This document shows, piece after piece, positions 1 to 7,117 of a stretch of 11,612 nt of DNA (position 1 is the first letter of the stretch; the number at the start of each line of letters is the position of its first letter). Source of the stretch: Promethearchaeota archaeon. GTDB taxonomy: Archaea > Asgardarchaeota > Hermodarchaeia > Hermodarchaeales > Hermodarchaeaceae. The stretch is taken from NCBI GenBank assembly GCA_048939245.1, contig JBHLPR010000070.1, forward strand, positions 1 to 11,612, in the 5' to 3' direction. The notes beneath the pieces are model-generated. The model ran no database searches. It was not told where the DNA came from and saw only the letters and a program-made list of their open reading frames with translations. Made by a program: the position numbers and the translations under genes.

Positions 1-219
1 GTAATTGACTCCATCGAACAAACAGATTTTACAATACGGCGAGAACTATCAAATGATATCGTGCTAACAGGAGGAGGCTCTCTCTTCCTTGGGCTCCGTG
101 AACGATTCGAAAATGAACTCAGACGCCGGCTCCCGCATCTCCCGGTTAACGTCTACGCCCTTGAGGATGCTTTGACTAATGCATGGTCTGGTGCGGCTGC
201 CTTGCACCGGCCTCCATAA
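1..219 (+). CDS. Actin-related protein, C-terminal fragment (5' truncated by window edge)
   Basis: Frame +1 reads VIDSIEQTDFTIRRELSNDIVLTGGGSLFLGLRERFENELRRRLPHLPVNVYALEDALTNAWSGAAALHRPP*, with TAA at 217-219. This matches actin [32 protein letters not shown]...SVWIGG (adenosine motif) and aligns with the C-terminus of the next ORF. Not in the ORF track. Confidence 0.9.
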   Translation, partial: VIDSIEQTDFTIRRELSNDIVLTGGGSLFLGLRERFENELRRRLPHLPVNVYALEDALTNAWSGAAALHRPP

Positions 220-339
220 GCGTTTAATCATCACGAATATTACACGTTAATGCTCTGGGTTGTAAGATATCATCATTTTATTTCTCTTTCAGTAATTGAA
301 ATAGAAACTATTTTCAAACATGCTTCCTAGAGTTGATTT

Positions 340-1359
340 GTGAACGATACCCAAGCCAACCTTATCATTGACCTGGGTAGTGGCTACATGAAATGCGGGT
401 TTCCAGAACAACCAAAACCCGTAATCATTCCTGCCACTTTCAAGAATCCCAGACCAGGTAGTGGAGCTTCAATATTTATTGACCTCGATCCGGGGCGTGA
501 GACCTGGGTATTTCCCCTCGAGAACGGTATGCTCCCCCAAGATTCATCGCTTGTCACTAAGCTTTGTAAACTCGCCTTAGAACATTTTCCAACAATGAAT
601 AAACAACGCAATAAACTCCAATTAACATTGCTGTTGTTTCCTCGATGTCCATCTGATCGCGTAACTCAGCTGTGTCAAGAGGTTAAAGAAGCCCTCAAAG
701 TTTTCCATGTCGAGGCTGCAATTCAACAAATTCTCACTTGGGGGTATTGGGGACGGAAAACTGCTTTAATTATCGACGTTGGGTACACAAGCACCTTTAT
801 TACACCAATCTATCGGGGCTTTCTATTAGAAGAACAAATACTGCCGCTGGTAACGGGGAGTTTCTTTGTATCTGCAGAAATTCGCAAACTACTAATGCAC
901 ACAGCCGAAACTGCCTCCCCCAAAATGGCACCTTATTTTGATCGCCTAGTTAAAAATAGGAGGGCAATTCGTTCCATAAAAGAGTCACACTGCCAAGTGT
1001 TTCCGATGCCAGTAGATGATGTTTTCGAAGATAACATTAATTTTCCTATTGAGGGCATTGAACTCCCTCTCGGTCCTCTTCCATGGCAAGCACCGGAAGT
1101 ATTATTTCAACCAACACTTTTGGGAGTTGGAGACAAAGGCTTAACTGAGGCTATTGTAGATGTATTAATGCGGGTAGACACCACCGTACGTGCAGAATTG
1201 GCCTCAAATCTTGTACTCACAGGTGGAGGATCAATGATGCCTGGTCTAAAAGCTCGTATTAAAACTGACCTAAAGGCGCAAATTCCCCATCTTTCTGTCA
1301 AGATTTATGACCTCGAATATCCCCTTTACAGTAGTTGGTTAGGCGCTGCAAAAATGTGA
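340..1359 (+). CDS. Divergent actin-related protein (actin/ARP family), 339 aa
   Basis: Phosphate-1 IIDLGSGYMKCGF; FPLENG (actin YPIEHG); AAIQQIL (actin VAIQAVL); phosphate-2 IIDVGYTSTFITPIYRGF; IKESHC; APEVLFQPTLLG; LVLTGGGSMMPGL; YSSWLG. GTG start. Confidence 0.93.
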   Translation: MNDTQANLIIDLGSGYMKCGFPEQPKPVIIPATFKNPRPGSGASIFIDLDPGRETWVFPLENGMLPQDSSLVTKLCKLALEHFPTMNKQRNKLQLTLLLFPRCPSDRVTQLCQEVKEALKVFHVEAAIQQILTWGYWGRKTALIIDVGYTSTFITPIYRGFLLEEQILPLVTGSFFVSAEIRKLLMHTAETASPKMAPYFDRLVKNRRAIRSIKESHCQVFPMPVDDVFEDNINFPIEGIELPLGPLPWQAPEVLFQPTLLGVGDKGLTEAIVDVLMRVDTTVRAELASNLVLTGGGSMMPGLKARIKTDLKAQIPHLSVKIYDLEYPLYSSWLGAAKM

Positions 1360-1373
1360 GAAAGGGATTAACC

Positions 1374-1763
1374 ATGTCCACTGGAACCCAAGTAAAAGAA
1401 GCAATAGAAAAAATCGAAAAGGGACTTGACGAACTTGCCGAACAGCTCAAGGCCACCCAATCAGCAATGGAACAACTCGGTCAAGATTTGTCAGCACAAA
1501 TGGATCAAACGGCGAAACAAGCCAACCAAGCAGCCCAAGAGATTCATCGTGATGTAACCACTTTTCGAGAACAACGTCAATTAGTTGAAACGCAGCTTCT
1601 TGCAGAGGTTGATCGCGCAAAGGAGCTCAGTAACCTTAAAGATATCGAGGAGGCGATTCGAGTTATCATTGAGATAGTTGATGAACTAACGAATCGCATC
1701 AACTTGGATGAAATTTTACAAACTGTAAAAGACCTCGAAGCCTCCAATAAGGGAGGCAAATAG
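1374..1763 (+). CDS. Coiled-coil protein of unknown function, ~129 aa
   Basis: ATG at 1374, 14 nt after the actin stop, is preferred over the track start at 1335, which overlaps the actin gene. Continuous E/Q/K/L-rich heptads and no Pro. Confidence 0.8.
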   Translation: MSTGTQVKEAIEKIEKGLDELAEQLKATQSAMEQLGQDLSAQMDQTAKQANQAAQEIHRDVTTFREQRQLVETQLLAEVDRAKELSNLKDIEEAIRVIIEIVDELTNRINLDEILQTVKDLEASNKGGK

Positions 1764-1764
1764 T

Positions 1765-1770
1765 AGGTGA
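1765..1770 (+). promoter_or_regulatory. Shine-Dalgarno motif AGGTGA
   Basis: AGGTGA lies 6 nt upstream of ATG 1777, in a 13-nt intergenic gap, which supports an operon. Confidence 0.65.
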
Positions 1771-1776
1771 ATTACG

Positions 1777-2223
1777 ATGACTGAACAACCACCCAAACCC
1801 CCGACACCCCCACCACCTGAACAACCCAGTTCAACTGGCGCCGACTCGCTCATTCCATTTGTCACTCAGGCATTCAATAACTTGTTCACCAGGCTAACTG
1901 GGCTCACCCAAGAAGTGTCTACTCTCAAAGATACAATTAACCAGATTGATCAATTGGTTAAAGCTCGCTTAGAAACCATCGAACCACAATTTCAGGAATT
2001 ATTATCTAATCTCCGTGAGCAACGGCGAAGTAGTGTGACTCATTATTCACAGCTTGCCGCAACAATCGCTCAAGGTTTTGAATCCTTAGGTGACCTACGT
2101 TCTTCCTCTGCAGATGCTCAGGCTTTAGAATTGCTTTCAGAAACCTTACAAGCAGCTCAAGATGCCCTCTACTGTTTACGAATGGAACGCTTAATCAGAA
2201 GATACCTTGAATTACAAAAGTAA
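1777..2223 (+). CDS. Coiled-coil protein with N-terminal polyproline segment, 148 aa
   Basis: MTEQPPKPPTPPPPEQP followed by helical heptads; SD motif upstream. Confidence 0.85.
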   Translation: MTEQPPKPPTPPPPEQPSSTGADSLIPFVTQAFNNLFTRLTGLTQEVSTLKDTINQIDQLVKARLETIEPQFQELLSNLREQRRSSVTHYSQLAATIAQGFESLGDLRSSSADAQALELLSETLQAAQDALYCLRMERLIRRYLELQK

Positions 2224-2232
2224 TAGTGGGTT

Positions 2233-2790
2233 TTACACCTTTCCAGGTTTCTTCTTTAGCCCATATTTTTCACGCATTTTTTCACGCCAGGGTTGATCTG
2301 AGCCGGTAGATTCAGCTACTGCATCAATCTTTGCTTTTGGTTCGGAGGCTGGTTCTGGTGTCTTTGAGGCTGGTTCAGTCGTCTTCGTTGCTTTTGGGGC
2401 TGTTGATTCGGAAGGTTTGGGGGTGGATCGAGGAGTCATAGTCCGTGGAGCAAAATCTTGTCCAGTCTCAAGACGTGAAAGCACTTCGGTGATTGTGAAC
2501 ATCTGCATTCGCTTATCCAATTCTGCAATGGATCGCATCATTAACCGGTTGAGTTCTTGCGGTTCTGATTTGCTAAGTTCGGTGAGCTTCTTACTTAATG
2601 AATCGATTCGATTATTCAGGTTTGCAATATTATCCTTGAGTACTCCAACGGCATCTAATTGCCGACGAATGCTCTCCAAGTCCTTTGAGATATGCTGCTC
2701 GACTTCGCTGATACGGTTGAGCGTCTTTTCCAAGATTTCCGTCATCTGCCGGAAAACATCATCCATTTGGGCATCTTTAAAATCAGACAT
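2233..2790 (-). CDS. Coiled-coil protein with P/T/E/K-rich disordered linker and basic C-terminal helix, ~185 aa
   Basis: ATG at 2790 (in-frame GTG at 2793). About 110 aa of heptads, then TPKPSESTAPKATKTTEPASKTPEPASEPK, then WREKMREKYGLKKKPGKV. Convergent on the previous gene with a 9-nt gap. Confidence 0.85.
   Translation of the reverse strand: MSDFKDAQMDDVFRQMTEILEKTLNRISEVEQHISKDLESIRRQLDAVGVLKDNIANLNNRIDSLSKKLTELSKSEPQELNRLMMRSIAELDKRMQMFTITEVLSRLETGQDFAPRTMTPRSTPKPSESTAPKATKTTEPASKTPEPASEPKAKIDAVAESTGSDQPWREKMREKYGLKKKPGKV
2345..2376. repeat. 11-bp direct repeat GAGGCTGGTTC x2 (21-nt period) encoding EPAS repeats
   Basis: Copies at 2345-2355 and 2366-2376, within the low-complexity linker. 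Confidence 0.6.
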
Positions 2791-2864
2791 CACTGGTCAT
2801 AGCTTTCTTCTGACAAAGACTTTTATTCCTTCCTATTTGCAAGGGGGTGGGTGTATAAATTTCT

Positions 2865-3893
2865 GTGAATAATTCAGTGATAATTTCAAGACACCAATGC
2901 CAAAAACTTGGTAATCGAATAGGAGAACTACAACCTGACGCTGAAGACTTCTTAGATGCCGATCTTTTTCCGGCGCCGTGCTATGAACCTGAAGAGATCA
3001 CTCGCTTCTTTTTCTTTGTCACTGGTATTGATCATCGAACAAGTCCACCCAATCAGAGCTTTGAAGGAATTATTGACGGTAAGCATTTTCATGGGGCTGA
3101 CCTACTCTGGCATCTTAGTTTACGGAAATTTATCGAGAATTCTCAGTTTTTTCATCCTTCCAATATGTCACAGATTACTGCTGAAAGGGTATCTGAATGG
3201 TACACCGTTCAGCACCCTCAACCGGTCACCATTCGTAATCCTGGAGAAAGAGCTGTTCTGCTTCGAAATGGCGGCAAATTACTTTTAGATAAATATCAAG
3301 GATCCGTACTCAATCTGCTTAAAACTGCAAATCATCGGGCACACTCCAAACCCGATGAGACTAGCCTTGGATTTGTGCAACTACTTTCTGAGTTCAAAGC
3401 CTACAAAGATCCTGCGAAAAAGAAGAGCTATTTACTATTGAAATTCTTACTTCGTCGAAATCTCTGGTCTATCACAGATTATAATCACGTACGAATTCCA
3501 GTCGATAATCATCTCACTCGGATTGCGCTTCGAACAGGTATCGTCAATGTCTCACCAGATCTTGCCGATGTTCTTCGTCAGCAGAAACCCATTTCGCAAT
3601 ACACGGATTTTATTCTACGTGACAAGATAGGTGAAGCATATACACGTGTGGGCGAATTCGCAAAGCGATCAGTATTAGAACTCGATGATTTCTTCTGGCA
3701 TTTTGGGCGGAAATGCTGTATTTTGGATAACCCAGTTTGCGTCACGGGCTGCTCCGCAGATTGTTATGTCGTCGAGCATTTGTTGAATGTCTCATGTCAT
3801 GGGGTCTGTCCTCTGAGTTCCATTTGTCCTGCATCAACTGACGACTATCAGCGTCGGCTGGTTGAACCAAAACTAAAGACTTGGTATTATTAG
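2865..3893 (+). CDS. HhH-GPD superfamily / queuosine-salvage (QNG1, DUF2419)-like N-glycosylase with Cys-rich C-terminus
   Basis: ERAVLLRNGGKLLLDKYQGS and FKAYKDPAKKKSYLL resemble the QNG1 core. IPVDNHLTRIALRTG is the HhH-GPD catalytic-Asp motif. LDDFFWHFGRKCC-x6-C...CPLSSIC resembles the EndoIII Fe-S loop. The start codon is uncertain. Confidence 0.7.
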   Translation: MNNSVIISRHQCQKLGNRIGELQPDAEDFLDADLFPAPCYEPEEITRFFFFVTGIDHRTSPPNQSFEGIIDGKHFHGADLLWHLSLRKFIENSQFFHPSNMSQITAERVSEWYTVQHPQPVTIRNPGERAVLLRNGGKLLLDKYQGSVLNLLKTANHRAHSKPDETSLGFVQLLSEFKAYKDPAKKKSYLLLKFLLRRNLWSITDYNHVRIPVDNHLTRIALRTGIVNVSPDLADVLRQQKPISQYTDFILRDKIGEAYTRVGEFAKRSVLELDDFFWHFGRKCCILDNPVCVTGCSADCYVVEHLLNVSCHGVCPLSSICPASTDDYQRRLVEPKLKTWYY

Positions 3894-3901
3894 ACCGATT
3901 G

Positions 3902-5647
3902 CTACCCTTTGGGTTTGTATTTGTATTTGCCCACAAAAGTTTCTCGGCTCATCATCGCGGGGAGTGCCCATATCACCACTGTGCCGTTCATTGTTTCTCG
4001 TAAGGATGGTTTGGGTGTTCCAGCTGGAACCCCGACATATTCAAAGTTGGGTGGAATTAGGTCCTGTAATTCGGGGTCTTGGAGACTGGTTTCCCCTTCA
4101 TTTACAAAGGTGACCGTCACAAGTAACTCGCCTACTTCAGAGGTCGGCGCAACTGTTCGTGTCTTGCGGAGTCTACGTACGACGGAGCGAACTTTGATTA
4201 CCGGTGCCATTATTTCAGAAATCTCAACAGTGGCTTTGGGTCCTGGAGGAAAGGTATTGGCTTCAATTTTAGCGGGGAATGGGTGTTCGTGGTCGGGTTT
4301 GGGCGCCCTTGCAATGGTAATGTAATTTGCGGTGACTGTATCGCCCGGTTTAATAGAAGACTGGGTTTCAGATAAATCATGGAGTTGAATGTTGAGTGTA
4401 TGAGGAATTTTCAAATCTCGATCCTTAGGTCGGACTTCTACTTTGAGATTTCGTGTGATCGGTTTATCACCTACACGAATTCGAATTTGAGTGGTGTCTG
4501 GGGGTTCAAATCCCGGAGGAAGTTTTTCAATGAACGTGATGTCGTTGCAATCGGTGCTGCCCGTATTCTTGGCTTTCAAAGTGACAGCCACCGGTGCAGG
4601 TTCCCATGCAAGTAATTCAACCGGTTCAACCTGTTTATCACCTTCAATACGAAGGACGGGAAACACGGTCTCAGCTTTGTCTATGGTCCCCACGATTTCT
4701 TGTATGATGGGTGCTTCTACGGTAGAAAGGGCAATGACATCGAATTCGGGTTGATCGGCATTCACATCCAATTCGTGACCCCAAACTTCCTCGGGTTCAA
4801 GTCGCAGATTGGGTTTCCCTTCATACAATAACTCGTTTTCAGGGTCCGTTAATACAACTTGTACTCGTTCAAGCCTTAGCGGAAATTCACTCGCATTTCG
4901 TAAGGAGGCTTTACAGCGCCAGAATCCTGCTCGCATGGGGTTCTCCTCCTTTTCCACACTAATTTCTGTCTCCGATGATCCATGAAGGGTAGGCATGAGA
5001 GTGCTGCGTACCACCCCAGATATTCGATACGTGGCCTTGACTCTACCACCTGACTTGGGTTCAGTATCTTCAGCTGTGATGCTGGCTCTGATACGCTGTA
5101 CTGCAACTTGTTCTGAAGGGAGCTCCTTGATCGTCCAGGTAATCTGTCCCGCTTTGGGGTCGTATTCGGCTTTCCCTGCCTGGGTTTTCTGAATTTCGAC
5201 ATCCTCATAAATCGGAGGAATTTCTTTAGTTACAACAATATCACGAATTGTTGATCCAGAGTGATTTCTAAGATTGATGCTGATTTCTACAGGCATTTTA
5301 TACTCGAAAACTAGGGCATTGTTGACCCCAACCCGTTCGTGGAATGTATCAAGGGCTTCTGAAAGGAGCAGCATCGGTGATTCGATTTCTTTCACGATGA
5401 AGTCTTTTTCCCACTCTGTCATGGGGTCTAATCGACCAATGTCAAGAATATCAGTTCCTAGGGAAGTTCTGTTCTGTCGGTTCAGCTCAAGTTCTGCATC
5501 CCAAACCGCGAATTTCCGCGAGTTATTCTTCACCAAGACTTGACCGCGAGGGTCGAATCGAGAAATAACGTTATCTGCCGTTAGTCGAGTATGCTCATGT
5601 TCCTTAATAGAGATAGTTAACCCTGCTGGAGGCTGTGCCGAAGCCAA
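3902..5647 (-). CDS. Cytoplasmic multi-beta-sandwich protein: adaptin mu-homology-like region plus DUF11/Ig-like domains, 581 aa
   Basis: Repeated V.I.L.N.G......I...E.IPP.FE motifs (DUF11-like). GKAEYDPKAGQITWTIKELP resembles AP mu2 GKAKYKASENAIVWKIKRM. No signal peptide or TM segment seen. The TTG start is supported by an SD motif. Confidence 0.7.
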   Translation of the reverse strand: MASAQPPAGLTISIKEHEHTRLTADNVISRFDPRGQVLVKNNSRKFAVWDAELELNRQNRTSLGTDILDIGRLDPMTEWEKDFIVKEIESPMLLLSEALDTFHERVGVNNALVFEYKMPVEISINLRNHSGSTIRDIVVTKEIPPIYEDVEIQKTQAGKAEYDPKAGQITWTIKELPSEQVAVQRIRASITAEDTEPKSGGRVKATYRISGVVRSTLMPTLHGSSETEISVEKEENPMRAGFWRCKASLRNASEFPLRLERVQVVLTDPENELLYEGKPNLRLEPEEVWGHELDVNADQPEFDVIALSTVEAPIIQEIVGTIDKAETVFPVLRIEGDKQVEPVELLAWEPAPVAVTLKAKNTGSTDCNDITFIEKLPPGFEPPDTTQIRIRVGDKPITRNLKVEVRPKDRDLKIPHTLNIQLHDLSETQSSIKPGDTVTANYITIARAPKPDHEHPFPAKIEANTFPPGPKATVEISEIMAPVIKVRSVVRRLRKTRTVAPTSEVGELLVTVTFVNEGETSLQDPELQDLIPPNFEYVGVPAGTPKPSLRETMNGTVVIWALPAMMSRETFVGKYKYKPKG

Positions 5648-5657
5648 GGTTCCATCA

Positions 5658-5696
5658 CACCTCGCTCAAAATAGATACTCCTATGATAATTTAAAT
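5658..5696 (-). promoter_or_regulatory. SD (GAGGTG, 5663-5658) and candidate TATA box (TTTAAATT, 5696-5689) for the 581-aa gene
   Basis: The SD lies 10 nt upstream of TTG 5647. The TATA-like box is placed so that transcription would start just upstream of the SD. Confidence 0.5.
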
Positions 5697-5797
5697 CATC
5701 TGTCAAGAAGTCCCCAAATAGCTTATCGATAATGTTTCGACAGTTATCCACTGCCCTCCCCTCAAAAGAAAATTACTTCGACTTTCTTCCTGATAAT

Positions 5798-7117
5798 ATG
5801 GCTCAGCAGCTGTTGACTTACAAAATCCCCATAGCACCCACACCAACTCAAGCCCAAATACTTTGGGTTCTCTCTGAAAAATGCCGTATTCTTTATAACT
5901 TCGCTCTAGCAGAAAGGGTTAATCAGTGGATAGTAAACCGCACAAAACCACCATCAGAACGTATCCACATCACCTATTTGAAACAACAAAACTCTCTCCC
6001 AGCCTTAAAAGCCAAGTATCCTGAATATGCTTGGGTCTACTCAAAAGTACTCCAAATGACATTACGACGCCTTGATTCTGATTTCAAATCTTTTTTTGCG
6101 CGATGGTGTAACGGTGACAGCACAGCCCGACCCCCACGCTTCAAAGGTAATCGTTACTTCACAACTCTATGTTTTAATCAATCTGGGTTCTCCCTGGACG
6201 TACAAAACCAACGGATACGATTTTCCCACCGTCACCCATCTGGTGTTGAACTGGAATTTGCATTATCGTGGTTGCCACAGTTGAACAATCGGATTAAACA
6301 AGTCGAAATTTTTCTAGATCGAAGAAATAGATGGTTCATCGCTATCACATGTGAAGTGTCAGTTCCTCCATACGTGGATAATACCAAGTATCAAGCCATC
6401 GATTTGGGAATTATTAATTTGGTCACGGCAGTGAATCTGCAGGGGAAATTCATTCAGATTCCCAATCGCCGCCCAGACCTATACTGGAAAAACAAATTGC
6501 GGCAACTGCAATCTCGGCGAGATCATTGCAAGAAACATAGTAATCGGTGGTGGTTTTATCAACGTAAATTTGTTAAGATGCGACTCAAACTTGTAAACCA
6601 GTTGCGCGATTTTCAGCATAAAATTTCCAAGGTTGTAGTGACGAATACTAGAGCTAACACCCTAATCATTGGTGATTTGAGGGTGAAAAATATGGTAAGG
6701 AGAGAGCTAACTTCAAGATATCGGCAACAGGAAGCGTCAGCTCGAACCTTAAACCATTCATTACAAAACACAGGCTTCATGGGGCGATTCGCCCAATTCT
6801 TAACCTACAAAGCCAAGAAAGTGGGTAAAAGGGTAATAAGAATTGACGAGGCGCAAACAACTAAGAAGTGCTGTATATGCGGTAAGATAAGGAATCGGCG
6901 ATTATCGGAGCGTGTTATTCAATGCGATTGTGGAACCCCCTTTGACCGTGACCAGAATGCAGCGGTCAACATAATGGTGCGGTTTCTATTGCAGCAACCC
7001 CCTGTGAACGGGGAGCTAGCCCAAAAATTTTGGGTTAGCTTGCATCGACAAACAGCCATCTCCCCTATTTGGCGGAGAGTGGATTCGATGGAAGCTCCTG
7101 CACACATGCAGGGGTAG
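5798..7117 (+). CDS. tnpB: IS200/IS605-family TnpB RNA-guided endonuclease, rearranged RuvC-II type
   Basis: N-terminal TYKIPIAPTPTQ...CRILYNFALAER; PPRFKG; RuvC-I AIDLGI (D codon 6401); RuvC-II IIGDL; Zn finger CCICG...CDCG; RuvC-III DRDQNAAVNI (D codon 6950). Family homology begins at ATG 5798; the track start is 5732. Confidence 0.95.
   Translation: MAQQLLTYKIPIAPTPTQAQILWVLSEKCRILYNFALAERVNQWIVNRTKPPSERIHITYLKQQNSLPALKAKYPEYAWVYSKVLQMTLRRLDSDFKSFFARWCNGDSTARPPRFKGNRYFTTLCFNQSGFSLDVQNQRIRFSHRHPSGVELEFALSWLPQLNNRIKQVEIFLDRRNRWFIAITCEVSVPPYVDNTKYQAIDLGIINLVTAVNLQGKFIQIPNRRPDLYWKNKLRQLQSRRDHCKKHSNRWWFYQRKFVKMRLKLVNQLRDFQHKISKVVVTNTRANTLIIGDLRVKNMVRRELTSRYRQQEASARTLNHSLQNTGFMGRFAQFLTYKAKKVGKRVIRIDEAQTTKKCCICGKIRNRRLSERVIQCDCGTPFDRDQNAAVNIMVRFLLQQPPVNGELAQKFWVSLHRQTAISPIWRRVDSMEAPAHMQG

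Noticed and set aside
384-1759. Short ORFs 384..611, 738..941, 1107..1301 and 1577..1759
   Set aside because: Antisense or out-of-frame shadows of well-supported genes, with no motifs.
2854-2861. TATAAATT just before GTG 2865
   Set aside because: Too close to the annotated start to be its TATA box; cannot be assigned without TSS data.
2417-2872. 151-aa + strand ORF
   Set aside because: Antisense shadow of the coiled-coil gene; S/I/L/R-rich composition typical of reverse frames.
2956-5543. Overlapping ORFs inside the glycosylase and 581-aa genes
   Set aside because: Shadows of longer motif-bearing ORFs.
5732-5797. 22-codon N-terminal extension of TnpB in the ORF track
   Set aside because: Family homology starts at Met 5798; the extension has no support.
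6661-6680. TnpB as a nuclease-dead (TldR-like) regulator because the RuvC-II Glu is missing
   Set aside because: Both catalytic Asp residues are intact and a compensating Glu is present at codon 6848.
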